A DNA stretch of 57,684 nt, counting the filler, from Callorhinchus milii (lineage: Eukaryota): assembly GCF_018977255.1 (NCBI RefSeq). It is 2 parts of 2 records of this genome, joined end to end, with 100 filler letters (N's around TTAATTAATTAA, not from the genome) between each part and the next. Parts side by side here need not be neighbours in the genome. Positions count along the whole stretch, not along the records: positions 28,903 to 57,684 come from NW_024705664.1; 1 more part is not named here. One strand, given 5' to 3'. The translations under genes were made by a program, and so were the position numbers. The notes under the pieces were generated by a model that did not search any database, was not told the DNA's origin, and was given only the letters and a program-made list of their open reading frames with translations. Below, in pieces: positions 30,125 through 42,107 of the stretch. Position 1 is the first letter of the stretch. Each line of letters opens with the position of its first letter.

Positions 30125-31260
30125 TCACACCTCCCACCACTCCCACACACACACACCCCCCACACACACATACCCCCCACACACACACCCCACACACACA
30201 CACACCCCCCACACACACATACCCCCCACACACACACCCCACACACACACACACCCCACACAGGCCACACACACCCCCCCACACACACCCCACACACAGA
30301 CCACACACACACCCCCACACACACACACCCCCCACACACACACACCCCTCACAGACCACACACACCCCCCCCCACACACACCACCCACACACACCCCACA
30401 CACACACACCCCCCCACACACACCCCCCACACACACACCCCCCACACCCCCCCCCACACACCCCCCACACACACCCCCACACACACCCCACACACACACC
30501 CCACACACACACACCCCACACAGACCACACACACACCCCCACACACACACCCCACACACCCCACACACACACACACACCCCACACACCCCACACCCCACA
30601 CACACCCCACACACACACACACACCCCACACACACACCCCACACACAGACCACACACACCCCCCCCCCACACACACACCACACACACGCCCCCACACACA
30701 CCAACCCCCCCCACACCCCCCACACACACACCCCACACCCCCCCCCACACAACCCCGTCACAGCAAACACTGCACCACTCAAACATCATCCTATAGACAC
30801 AGCCCCCCACACACACACCCCCCACACCCCCCCCACACCACACCCCCCACACACACACACCCCACAACCCTCCCCCACACACACACACCCCACACAAACA
30901 CACCCCACACACCCCCCCACACACACACCCCACACCCCCCCCACACAACCCCGTCACAGCAAACACTGCACCACTCAAACATCATCCTATAGACACAGCC
31001 CCCCCCACACACACACCCCCCACACCCCCCCCACACCACCCCCCCACACACACCCCCCCCACAACCCTCCCCACACACACACACCCCACAACCCTCCCCC
31101 ACACACACACACCCCACACACACCGCCCCCACACCCCCCCACACAAACACATCCACACACACCCCACAACCCCCCCCCACACACACACCCCACACACACC
31201 CCCCCCCCCCCCACACACACACACACACCTCACACACACATATCCCCACACACACAACCC
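30125..31260 (+). repeat. C/A low-complexity tract with an internal ~54-bp duplication
   Basis: CCCC(AC)n mosaic. CAACCCCGTCACAGCAAACACTGCACCACTCAAACATCATCCTATAGACACAGC occurs at ~30750 and ~30947. Confidence 0.9.
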
Positions 31261-31589
31261 CCAATCCTATTCTCCCCCCACACCCCCCACCTCCTCCGAG
31301 CCCCCCCTCAAGCCCCAATCATCACCTCTAACACCAAGCCACCCCCACCCCATCTCCTCTGAGCCCCCCCTCAAGATCATCTCCTCTAACACCAAGCCAC
31401 CCGCCCCCCACCTCCTCCGAGCCCCCTCTAAAGCCCCCAATCATCACCTCGAACACCAAGCTTCATCCCTCTGCGCCATGTGTCGCCTAACCCCCCCCCC
31501 ACCCATTCAGTCTCCCGCACCCACCCCACCCTCAGCTCCTACCAACCCCCATTCAGTCTCCCGCACCCACCCCACCCTCAGCTCCTACC

Positions 31590-31925
31590 ATGGCCCCCAT
31601 CCTACATTCATTTGTCCCCATCTCCCCTTCCTCCCTCTCATCAACCATCGCCACAATGAAACCCCCCACCCGCTGCCTCGAGCCCCTCCCCACCCGACTG
31701 CTGATCACTCAGCTCCCCCTCCTCTGCCCACCGCTGGCAGACACTACTAATCAGTCTCTATCCTCAGGATCAGTCGCACTCCCCTTCAAACCCGCGGTAA
31801 TTACCCCCTCCTTAAAAAACCTACGCTCGATCCCTCCGACCTCGGCTACTCTCGCCCCAGCTCAACCCTGCCCTTCCTGTCCAAAGCGCGGCAACACGTT
31901 GCTGCCAACCAACTCCACGCACAAC
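31590..31925 (+). mobile_element. Degenerate L2 LINE ORF2 fragment (region just upstream of RT)
   Basis: Translation MKPPTRCLEPLPTRLLITQLPLLCPPLADTTNQSLSSGSVALPFKPAVITP. Homologous to the better preserved minus-strand L2 around 37400-37700. Confidence 0.8.
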
Positions 31926-31944
31926 TCTCCCTCCACACCCGATC

Positions 31945-32225
31945 CCACCCCCGGCTTCCCACCCCCGGCTTCCCACCCCCGGCTTCCCACCCCCGGCTTC
32001 CCAACCCCGGCTTCCCACCCCCGGCTTCCCAACCCCGGCTTCCCAACCCCGGCTTCCCACCCCCGGCTTCCCACCCCCGGCTTCCCACCCCCGGCTTCCC
32101 AACCCCGGCTTCCCACCCCCGGCTTCCCAACCCGGCTTCCCAACCCCGGCTTCCCAACACCGGCTTCCCAACCCCGGCTTCCCAACCCCGGCTTCCCAAC
32201 ACCGGCTTCCCAACACCGGCTTCGC
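31945..32225 (+). repeat. 13-bp minisatellite (CCCCGGCTTCCCA)n, about 21 copies
   Basis: Read directly. Confidence 0.95.
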
Positions 32226-32287
32226 ACCGCGGCTTCCGCCCTGACTACCGACAGCCACATGCTCACAGTGATCAGCAACACACACTC

Positions 32288-35200
32288 CACCCACCGCCTG
32301 TCCTCCACTGCCTATCCTCCTCCACCTCCTGTCCTCCACCTCCTGTCCTCCACCGCCTGTCTTCCTCCAACGCCTGTCAACCTCTACCGCCTCTCCTCCT
32401 CCAACACCTGTACTCCTCCACCACCTGTCCTGCTCCACTGCTTGTCCTCCTCCACCTCCTGTCCTCCTCCACCTCCTGTCCTCCACCGCCTGTCCTCCTC
32501 CACCTTCTGTCCTCAAACGCCTGTTCTCCTCCACCACCTGTACTCCACTGCCTGTCCTAATCCAACTCCTGTCCTCCAACACCTGTCGTCCTCCACCTCC
32601 TGTCCTCCACCACCCATCCTCCTCCACCGCCTGTCCTCCTCCACCGCCTGTCTTCCACCCCTGTCCTACTCCACTGCCTGTCCTCCACTGCCTATCCTCC
32701 TCCACCGCCTGTCCTCCTCCACCGCCTATCTTCCTCCACCGCCTGGCCTCCTCCACCACCTGTCCTCCACCGTCTGTCCTACTCCACCGCCTGTCCTCCA
32801 CTGCCTATCCTCCACCACCGCCTGTCCCCCTCCACCACCCATCCTACTCCACCGCCTGTCCTCCACCGCCTGTCCTCCGCCACCACCTGTCCTCCTCCTC
32901 CTCCTGACCTCCTCCACTGCTTGTCCTCCTCCACCGCCTGTCATCCACTGCCATTCCGACACCACCTCCTATCCTCCACCGCCTGTCCTCCTCCACCGCC
33001 TGTCCCCCTCCACCGCCTGTCCTCCACCGCCTGTCCTCCTCCACCGCCTGTCCCCCTCCACCGCCTGTCCCCCTCCACCGCCTGTCCTCCACCGCCTGTC
33101 CTCCTCCTCCTCCTGTTCTCCTCCAATGCCTGTCCTCCTCCACTGCCTGTCATCCACTGCCTGTCCTACTCCCAACACCTGTCCTCCCCCACCTCCTGTC
33201 CTACACCGCCTATCCTCCTCCACTTCCTGTTATCCACTGCCTGTCCTCCTCCACCGCCTGTCCACCAACGCCTGTCCTCCTCTACCTCCTGTCATCAAAC
33301 CCCTGTCCTCCTCCATTTCCTATTATCCACTGCCTTTCCTCCTCCACCTCCTGTCCTCCACCGCCTGTCCTCCTCCAATGCATGTCCTACTCCACCGCCT
33401 GTCCTCCACCGCGTGTCCTCTTCCAACGCCCTGTCCTCCTCCAACACCTGTCCTCCACCACCTGTCCTTCTCCACCTCCTGTCCTCCACCGCCTCCCTTA
33501 CTCCAATGCGTGTCCCCCTCCACCGCCTCTCCTCCTCCAATGCCTGTCCTTCTCAACCGCCTGTCCACCTCCACCGCCTGTTCTACTCCAACACCTGTCC
33601 TCCACCGCCTGTCCTCTCCAACGCCTGTCCTCCTCCACTGCCTATCCCCCTCCGCCCCTGTCCTCCTCTACTGCCAAGCCTGCTCCACCGCCTGTCCTTC
33701 TCCAACTCCAGTCCTCCAACGCCTGTCCTCTTCCACCTCCTGTCATCAAACACCTGTCTTCCTCCACTGCTTATCCTTCTCAACCTCCTGTACTCCACTG
33801 CCTGTCCTAATCCAACTCCTGTCCTCCAACGCCTGTCGTCCTCCACCTCCTGTCCTCCACCGCCTGTCCTCCTCCAATGCCTGTCCTAGTCCACCGCCTG
33901 TCCTCCACCGCCTGTCCTCCACCTCCTGTCCTGCACCGCGTGTCCTCTTCCAACGCCTGTCCCTATCCACCGCCTGTCCTCCTCCAACCCCTGTCCCCCT
34001 CCACCGCTTGTCCCCCTCAACTGCCTGTCCTCTCCAACGCCTGTCCTCCTCCACCGCCTGTCCTACTCCAACGCCTGTCCTCCACCGCCTGTCCCCCTCC
34101 ACTGCCTGTCACCCTCCACCGCCTGTCCTCTCCAACGCCTGTCCTCCTCCACTGCCTATCCCCCTCCGCCGCCTGTCCTACTCCAACCCCTGTCCTCCTC
34201 TACCGCCGAGCCTGCTCCACCGCCTGTCCTTCTCCAACTCCAGTCCTCCAACGCCTGTCCTCTTCCACCTCCTGTCATCAAACACCTGTCTTCCTCCACT
34301 GCTTATCCTTCTCAACCTCCTGTACTCCACTGCCTGTCCTAATCCAACTCCTGTCCTCCAACGCCTGTCGTCCTCCACCTCCTGTCCTCCACTGCCTGTC
34401 CTCCTCCACCGCCTGTTCTCCTCCACCGCCTGTCATCCACTGCCTGTCCTACTCCACCGCCTGTCCTCCACCGCTCGTCCTCCTCCACCTCCTGTCCTCC
34501 ACTGCCTGTCCTCCTCCACCGCCTGTTCTCCTCCACCGCCTGTCATCCACTGCCTGTCCTACTCCACCGCCTGTCCTCCACCGCTCGTCCTCCTCCACCT
34601 CCTGTCCTCCACTGCCTGTCCGCCTCCACCGCCTGTTCTACTCCAACACCTGTCCTCCACCGCCTGTCCTCCTCCAACACCTGTCCTCCACCACCTGTCC
34701 TTCTCCACCTCCTGTCTTCCACCGCCTGCCTTACTCCAATGCCTGTCCCCCTCCACCGCCTCTCCTCCTCCAATGCCTGTCCTTCTCAACCGCCTGTCCG
34801 CCTCCACCGCCTGTTCTACTCCAACACCTGTCCTCCACCGCCTGTCCTCTCCAACGCCTGTCCTCCTCCACTGCCTATCCCCCTCCGCCGCCTGTCCTAC
34901 TCCAACCCCTGTCCTCCTCTACTGCCGAGCCTGCTCCACCGCCTGTCCTTCTCCAACTCCAGTCCTCCAACGCCTGTCCTCTTCCACCTCCTGTCATCAA
35001 ACACCTGTCTTCCTCCACTGCTTATCCTTCTCAACCTCCTGTACTCCACTGCCTGTCCTAATCCAACTCCTGTCCTCCAACGCCTGTCGTCTTCCACCTC
35101 CTGTCCTCCACCGCCTGTCCTCCTCCAATGCCTGTCCTACTCCACCGCCTGTCCTCCACCGCCTGTCCTCCACCTCCTGTCCTGCACCGCGTGTCCTCTT

Positions 35201-35987
35201 CCAACGCCTGTCCCTATCCACCGCCTGTCCTCCTCCAACCCCTGTCCCCCTCCACCGCTTGTCCCCCTCAACTGCCTGTCCTCCAATGCCTGTCACCCTC
35301 CACCGCCTGTCCTACTCCAACGCCTGTCCTCCACCGCCTGTCCCCCTCCACTGCCTGTCACCCTCCACCGCCTGTCCTCTCCAACGCCTGTCCTCCTCCA
35401 CTGCCTATACCCCTCCGCCGCCTGTCCTACTCCAACCTCTGTCCTCCTCTACCGCCGAGCCTGCTCCACCGCCTGTCCTTCTCCAACTCCAGTCCTCCAA
35501 CGCCTGTCCTCTTCCACCTCCTGTCATCAAACACCTGTCTTCCTCCACTGCTTATCCTTCTCAACCTCCTGTACTCCACTGCCTGTCCTAATCCAACTCC
35601 TGTCCTCCAACGCCTGTCGTCCTCCACCTCCTGTGCTCCACTGCCTGTCCTCCTCCACCGCCTGTTCTCCTCCACCGCCTGTCATCCACTGCCTGTCCTA
35701 CTCCACCGCCTGTCCTCCACCGCTCGTCCTCCTCCACCTCCTGTCCTCCACTGCCTGTCCTCCTCCAACGCCTGTCCTTCACCACCTCCTGTTCTCCACC
35801 GCCTGTCCTGCTCCACCTCCTGTCCTCCACCGCCTGTCCTCCTCCAACACCTGTCCTCCACCACCTGTCCTTTTCCACCTCCTGTCCTCCACCGCCTGTC
35901 CTCCTCCAACACCTGTCCTCCTCCGCCTGTCCTCCTCCACAGCCTGTCCTCCTCCTCCTCCTGTCCCCCTCCACTGCCTGTCCTCCT
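32288..35987 (+). repeat. Degenerate CT-rich minisatellite (core CTGTCCTCCACCGC) with internal block duplications
   Basis: The core recurs throughout. A diagnostic >100-bp block starting CTCCAGTCCTCCAACG is seen at ~33706, ~34238, ~34957 and ~35487. Confidence 0.93.
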
Positions 35988-37801
35988 CCAACAACAACAA
36001 CAAGATTCCATTTATAAAGCGCCTTTCACGTCAGGAGGACGTCCCAAGGCGCTGCACAGTTGGGTCATGACCCGAGCAGGGGGAAATGGTCAGGGTGAGG
36101 GAAGGAGGGAGCAAGGAGGGGGGAAATGGTCAGGGTGAGGGGAGGGAAGGGAGGGAGCGAGGAGGGGAAGAGAGTCGAGAGGGGAGCTGAAGGCACGGTC
36201 AAAGAGAAAGGTTTTGAGACCGGCCTTGAAGGAGGAAAGGGAGGAAGCGGCGAAGGCACTGGGGGATGGAGTTCCAGAGCCTGGGGGCTGAGAGGCTGAA
36301 GGCCCGACCACCGATGGTAGGGCGGTTGGGGCGGGGGACGTGGAGCAGACCAGAGCCAGAGGAACGGAGGGTACGGGCAGGTAGGTAGGGGGATAGTAGG
36401 TTGGAGAGGTAGGAGGGAGCAAGACCGTGAATGGCCTTGTAGGTGAGGATGAGGATCTTGAAATCAATCCTCTGGGGGATGGGGAGCCAGTGGAGGCGAG
36501 CGAGGGTGGGAGTGATGTGGTCCCGAAGCCTGGTGCGGGACAGTACACGAGCTGCAGAGTTCTGAATGACCTGCAGCTTGTGGAGGGAGGTGGTGGGAAG
36601 GCCGGCGAGGAGAGAGTTCCCATAGTCCAGCCTTGAGGTGACAAAGGCGTGAACCAGGGTTTCAGCAGCGTGAGGGGTGAGGTAGTGCCGTAGTCTGGCG
36701 ATGTTCCGAAGGTGATGGAAGGCGGTGCCAGTTGTGGTGCGGATGTGAGGGAGAAAGGACAGCTCAGGGTCGAACAAAACTCCGAGGTTCCTGACTGGCT
36801 TTGAGAGGTGGAGAGTGCAGCCTTGGATGCTGATGGTGTCAGCGCCTGAGGTGCGGAGGCGCTGACGCGAGCCAATCAGGAGGGCCTCGGCCCAGGCAGG
36901 CTGTCAGGACATCGGTGGTCGTGGAGTTGAGAGTAGAGGAGGAAAGGTAGAGTTGGGTGTCATCCGCATACATGTGGAAGTTAACTCCATGTCTGCGGAT
37001 GATGTCACCAAGGGGGAGCATAAAGAGGGTGAAGAGGAGGGGAACGAGGACAGAGCCCTGAGGGACACCACATGAGACAGTACGGGGGGTGGAGGAGAAG
37101 CCATTCGTTGAGACAAAGTGAAGATGGTGAGAAAGGTACGACCTAAACCATTCAAGGACAGTGCCTTGAAGGTTGAGGTGGGAGGACAAGCGGTGGAGTA
37201 GGATAGCGTGGTCGACCGTATCGAATGCTGCCGATAGGTCGAGGAGGACGAGGAGACAGAGGGAGCCCTGGTCACAGATGGTCAGGATATCATTGGTGAC
37301 CTTGACCAGGGCAGTTTCTGTGCTATGGGCAGCACGGAAACCTGACTGAAGGGGTTCAAAAAGAGAATGGTTGGAAAGGAAAGAGCGCAGTTGGGAGGCG
37401 ACAACTCTTTCCAAGACCTTGGAGAGAAAGGGGAGGTTGGAGATGGGCCGGTAACTTGATAGCTGCGACGCATCAAGGGAGGGTTTTTTCAGGGTGGGCG
37501 TGATGATGGCAGTTTTTAATGGAATGGGGACAGAGCCAGAGGAGAGGGACAGGTTGATGATGTCAGTGATATGTGGGGCAAGAAAGTGGAGCTGGGAGAT
37601 AAGGAGTGGAGTGGGGATGGGGTCAAGGGAGCAGGTGGTTGGGTTTAGGGATAGGATGAGTTCAGTGACAGAGGGTGGGGAAACGGGTACGAAGGTGTGT
37701 AGGGGAGGATGGGTAGCAGTCGGAGTGTGGGAGGGAAGGGGTGGGTGGTGGGTGGAAGTTGGAGGGGAAGTGACCGCGGAGCGGATTCCCTTGATCTTGG
37801 A
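35988..37801 (-). mobile_element. 5'-truncated L2 LINE (RT domain, C-terminus, 3' tail with (TTG)n)
   Basis: ORF 36839-37414 has QSGFRAAHSTETAL, LLDLSAAFDTVDH, GVPQGSVL and YADDTQLY. ORF 36199-36777 has LVHAFVTSRLDYGN and LHWLPI. The tail reads GCGCCTTGGGACGTCCTCCTGACGTGAAAGGCGCTTTATAAATGGAATC(TTG)n. Confidence 0.95.
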
Positions 37802-39322
37802 ACCCTAGTCCAACGCCTGTCCTCCACCGCCTGTCCTCCTCTTCCTCCTGTCCTCCTCCACTGCCTGTCCTCCTCATATTCTCCTCTACCGTCTGTCCTC
37901 CTCCACTGCCTGTTATCCACTGGCTGTCCTCCTCCACCTCCTGTCCTCCACCGCCTGCCTTACTCCAATGCCTGTCCCCCTCCACCGCCTCTCCTCCTCC
38001 AATGCCTGTCCTTCTCAACCGCCTGTCCGCCTCCACCGCCTGTTCTACTCCAACACCTGTCCTCCACCGCCTGTCCTCTACCGCCTGTCCTCCTCCACTT
38101 CCTGTCTTCCAACTATTGTCCTCCTCCACCGCCTGTCCTCCTCCATCATCTTTCCTCCACCACCACATGTCCTCCTCCACTGCCTGTCCTCCACCGCCTG
38201 TCCTCCTCCACCCTGTCCTCCACCATCTGTCCTCCTCCACTGCCTTTCCTCCTCCACCACCTGTCCTCCTCCACCGCCTGTTCTCCACTGACTGTCCTCC
38301 TCCACCGCCTGTCCTCCTCCATCGTCTGTCCTCCTCCACCTCCTGTTCTCCACCACCTGTCCTCCTCCTCCTATCCTCCTCCACTGCCTGTCCTCCTCCA
38401 CTGTCTGTCATCCACTGCCTGTCCTACTCCACCGCCTGTCCTCCACCGCCTGTCCTCCTCCACCTCCTGTCCTCCACCACCTGTCCTCCTCCACTGCCTG
38501 TCCTCCTGCACCTCCTGTCCTCCACCGCCTGTCCTCCTCCACCTCCTGTCTTCCACCGTCTGTCCTCCTCCACTGCTGCCCTTCCCCACCACCTGTCCTC
38601 CTCCAATGCCTGTCCTTCTGCACCGCCTGTTCCCCTCCACCGCCTGTCCTCCTACACCGCCTGTCCTCCTCCACCTCCTGTCCTCCTCCACCGCCTGTCA
38701 TCCACTGCCTGTCCTACTCCACCGCCTGTCCTCCACCGCCTGTCCTCTTCCACCTCCTGTCCTCCACCGCCTGTCCTTCTCCAACGCCTGGCCTCCACCA
38801 CCTCCTGTCCTCCAACGCCTGTCCTCCTCCACCACCTGTCCTCTTCCACCACATGTCCTCCTACACCAGTTGTCCTCCTCCACCTCCTGTCATCCACCTA
38901 CTTTCCTCTACACCGCCTGTCCTCCTCCACCGCCTGTTCTCCTCCACTGCCTGTCCTCCACCGACTGTCCTCCTGCGCCACCCTTTCTCCACCACCTGTC
39001 CTCCTCCACTGCATGTACTCCTCCACCTACTGTCCTCCACCACCTGTCCTCCTCCACCGCCTGTCCTCTTCCATCATCTGTCCTCCTCCTCCGCCTGTCC
39101 TCCTCCACCACCTGTCCTCCTCCACTGCCTTTCCTGTTCCACCTCCTGTCCTCCTCCACCTCCTGTCTTCCACCGTCTGTCCTCCTCCACTGCCTCTCCT
39201 CCTCCACCACCTGTTGTCCTACACCTCCTGTCCTCCCCTGCCTGTCCTCCTCCATTGCCTGTCCTCGATTGCCGGTCCTACTCCACCGCCTCTCCTCCTC
39301 CACTGCTTGTCCTCCATCATCC
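37802..39322 (+). repeat. Continuation of the CT-rich minisatellite after the L2 insertion
   Basis: Same CTGTCCTCCACCGC core as 32288-35987. Confidence 0.92.
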
Positions 39323-40462
39323 ACCTCAGTGGGATTGCACTCGCTAGATTCGATTCCTACCTCAAAAACCACCAGCGCTACATTTCTGCAAATGGCTTTT
39401 CTTGGAGCTTCCACCCGGTCACCTGGGGGGTGGATACCTCAAGGATCCATCCTTGGCCCCTTCTCTTCCTCATCTATACGCTCCCTCTCGGTGATGTCAT
39501 CCGCAGACACGGGGTTAACCCCCACATGGATGCGGATGACACTCAACTGTACTTTTCCACCTCCAGCCGCGACCCCCAGTCCCTGATGTGTTGTCAGCTT
39601 GTCTGTCGGACATCAGGAGCTGGATGAGCACAAATTTCCTGCAGTTTAACGTCAACAAGACAGAAGACATACTCTTTGGCTCCCGCTGATGCCTTCGGTC
39701 CCACAGTCCCGACCTCCTCAACCTTCCCGACCTGTCCTTAAAACTCTCCAAACCCGTGCACAACTTAGGCATCAGGTTCGATCCCCAGTTATCCTTCTTC
39801 CCCCACATTCGGTCCCTGACCAGCAATGCTTTCTTCCGCCTCCGCCACATTGCCCGTCTCTGACAATACCTCACCCCAAAAGTTGCTGAAACCCTTGTCC
39901 ATGGCCATGTCACTTCTCAGCTGGACTATAACACCCTTCTCACCGGCCTCCCCTCCTCCACTATTCACAAAATCCAGCTCATTCAAAACTCCGCCGCCCG
40001 CATTCTCACCCGCACTGACCACCGTACCCCAATAACTCCTGTCCTTGCCAAACTCCACTGGCTCCCGGTCACAGGATGGATCAACTTCAAGATCCTCACT
40101 TTAACTCCCTCCATTCCTTGCCCCCCCCCCACAATCTCTCTAACCTCCTCTCTCCCCACAGCAGTATCTGCTGCCTCCACTCTACTGGGTCCGGCCTCCT
40201 CCTCCGGCATACCCTGAATCCTCCGTTCCACCATCAGCGGCCGTGCCTTCAGCCACTACACCCCAAAACTTTAGAACTCCCTCCCTCAACCCCTTGGCCT
40301 TGCACCCTCCTTCCCCAACTTCAGGTCGCACCTGAAGGCCTTCCTTTCGACTGCGCTTACGGTCACCGTCCTCCTCTCCCTGGCGCGCCTCGGGCTCCGC
40401 CATTGTTAAGCTCTGAGATGCTGCCCAGCGTGGAGGGCGCTATATAAGTGCAAGTTGTAGTT
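39323..40462 (+). mobile_element. Degenerate L2 LINE 3' fragment
   Basis: PLLFLIYTLPLGDVIRRHGVNPHMDADDTQLYF, plus downstream L2 C-terminal motifs with frameshifts. Tail GAGGGCGCTATATAAGTGCAAGTTG. Confidence 0.9.
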
Positions 40463-40517
40463 ATTTTTGTGTATGTGACAGTGCTGTGTCACTGCTCTGT
40501 GTGTGTGAGACAGCACT

Positions 40518-40782
40518 CTGTGAGTGTTGCTGATCACTGTGAGTGTTTGTTGCTGATCACTGTGAGTGTGTGTGGCTGATCACTGTGAGTGTGTGTTGCT
40601 GATCACTGTGAGTGTGTGTTGCTGATCACTGTGAGTGTGTGTTGCTGATCACTGTGAGTGTGTGTTGCTGATCACTGTGAGTGTGTGTTGCTGATCACTG
40701 TGAGTGTGTGTTGCTGATCGCTGTGAGTGTGTGTTGCTGATCGCTGGTTGTGAGCGTGCGGCGCTGTGTTGCTGATCGCTGT
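40518..40782 (+). repeat. 23-bp minisatellite (TGTGAGTGTGTGTTGCTGATCAC)n
   Basis: About 11 copies directly upstream of a splice acceptor. One inverted copy lies at ~32261-32287. Confidence 0.93.
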
Positions 40783-40814
40783 GTCTCGCTGTGTGTCGCT
40801 GTGTCTTTGCTCAG

Positions 40815-40937
40815 GTGCCAGAGTCGCTGTGTGCCAGCTCGCCCCAGATTGCTTTCCCCCAGAACCAGGCGGCCGGTACTTCCCCCCGAGCCTCACCGCT
40901 GCTCCGGCAAAAGTCTCGGCGACGGCTTAGCGTCAGG
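40815..40937 (+). CDS. PTK2B: PTK2B exon: VPESLCASSPQIAFPQNQAAGTSPRASPLLRQKSRRRLSVR
   Basis: CAG acceptor and AGG|GTAAGA donor; 123 nt, phase 0-0. Human equivalent is VPEGLCASSP...FKRHSMR, the exon skipped in the haematopoietic PYK2-H isoform. Confidence 0.92.
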
Positions 40938-40949
40938 GTAAGACAGCCT

Positions 40950-41390
40950 CACTGTGCCTCTGTGTGCCTTGTGTGCCTGTGTGTGCCTTTGCATGTGTGT
41001 GTGCCTGTGTGTGTCTGTGCCTGTGTATGCCTGTGTGTATCTGTGTCTGCCTGTGTGTGCTTGTTTGCACGCCTGTATCTGCGCGTGTGCCTGTGTGTAT
41101 GTGTATGCCTTTGTCTGTGCCTGGGTGTGTGCCTGCACCTGTGTGTGTGCCTATGTGAGTGTGTGTGTGTGTGTGTGTGTTTATGATTGTGTGCCTGTGT
41201 GTGTGTCTGTACCTGTGTGTGTGCTTGTGTGCGCACCAGTGTATGTGTGTGTGCCTGTGTGTGTGTCTGTCTGTGCCTGTGTGTGTGCTTGTGTCTCTGT
41301 GCGTGCCTGTGGGGGGTATGTGTCTGTGTGTATCTGTGTGTGTGCCTGTCTGTGTGCCTGCACCTGTGTGTGTGCCTGTGTTTCTGTGTG
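40950..41390 (+). repeat. Degenerate (TG)n / GCCTGTGTGT low-complexity repeat
   Basis: Read directly; it resumes at ~41970-42105 after an L2 piece. Confidence 0.88.
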
Positions 41391-41970
41391 CCTTCCCTCA
41401 CCTCCGTAACATCGCCCGACTCCGCCACTACCTCAACCCTCAGGCCGTGAAACTCTTGTTCATACCTTCATCACCTCCAGGCTCGACTATGCAAAGCCCT
41501 GTGTGTCGGCCTTCCCAACTCCTCCCTCCACAGCTGCAGATAGTCCAGAACTCTGGATCCGTGTCCTCTCCCGCACCAAACTCCGTGACCCCATTCTCGC
41601 CGATTCCATTGGCTCCCTATCCTTCAGAGGATCCAGTTCAAGACCCTGGTCCTCACCTACAAAGCCCTCCATTGCCTCGCCCACCATACCTCTGCAACCT
41701 CCTAACCCCCTACCAACCCGCCCGCTCCAGGGAGAGCCTTCAGCCACTCTGCCCCAACCTCTGGAATTCCATCCCCCAGTCATTCTGCCTCACCCCCTCC
41801 TTAGCCTCCTTCAATCCCTCCTCAAGACCCTCCTCTTTGACCATGCCATCGGTCAACCCCCTCCCCTCTCGCCCCCTGACCCCAGCTCGGGTCTGAAATG
41901 CTGTCCAGCGCCTTGGGACGTCCTCCCAACATGAAAGGAGCTCCATAAATGTAATTTTGTTGTTGTTGTT
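41391..41970 (+). mobile_element. Degenerate L2 3' fragment
   Basis: AFPHLRNIARLRHYL motif and tail CAGCGCCTTGGGACGTCCTCC...ATAAATGTAAT(TTG)n. Confidence 0.88.
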
Positions 41971-42107
41971 GTGTGTCTGTGCCTGTGTCTGTGTAAATGG
42001 TCCTGTGCCTGTGTGTGTACCTGTGTGTGTGTGCCTGTCTATATGTGTGCCTGTGTGCCTGTGTGTGCCTGTATGTCTGTGCCTGTGTGTGTGCCTGTGT
42101 TTGTCTC

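Noticed and set aside
31590..35591. 1333-aa Pro/Ser/Cys-rich ORF (mucin- or extensin-like)
   Set aside because: It is an L2 fragment running into stop-free C-rich minisatellites inside a PTK2B intron, and other frames are also open for long stretches.
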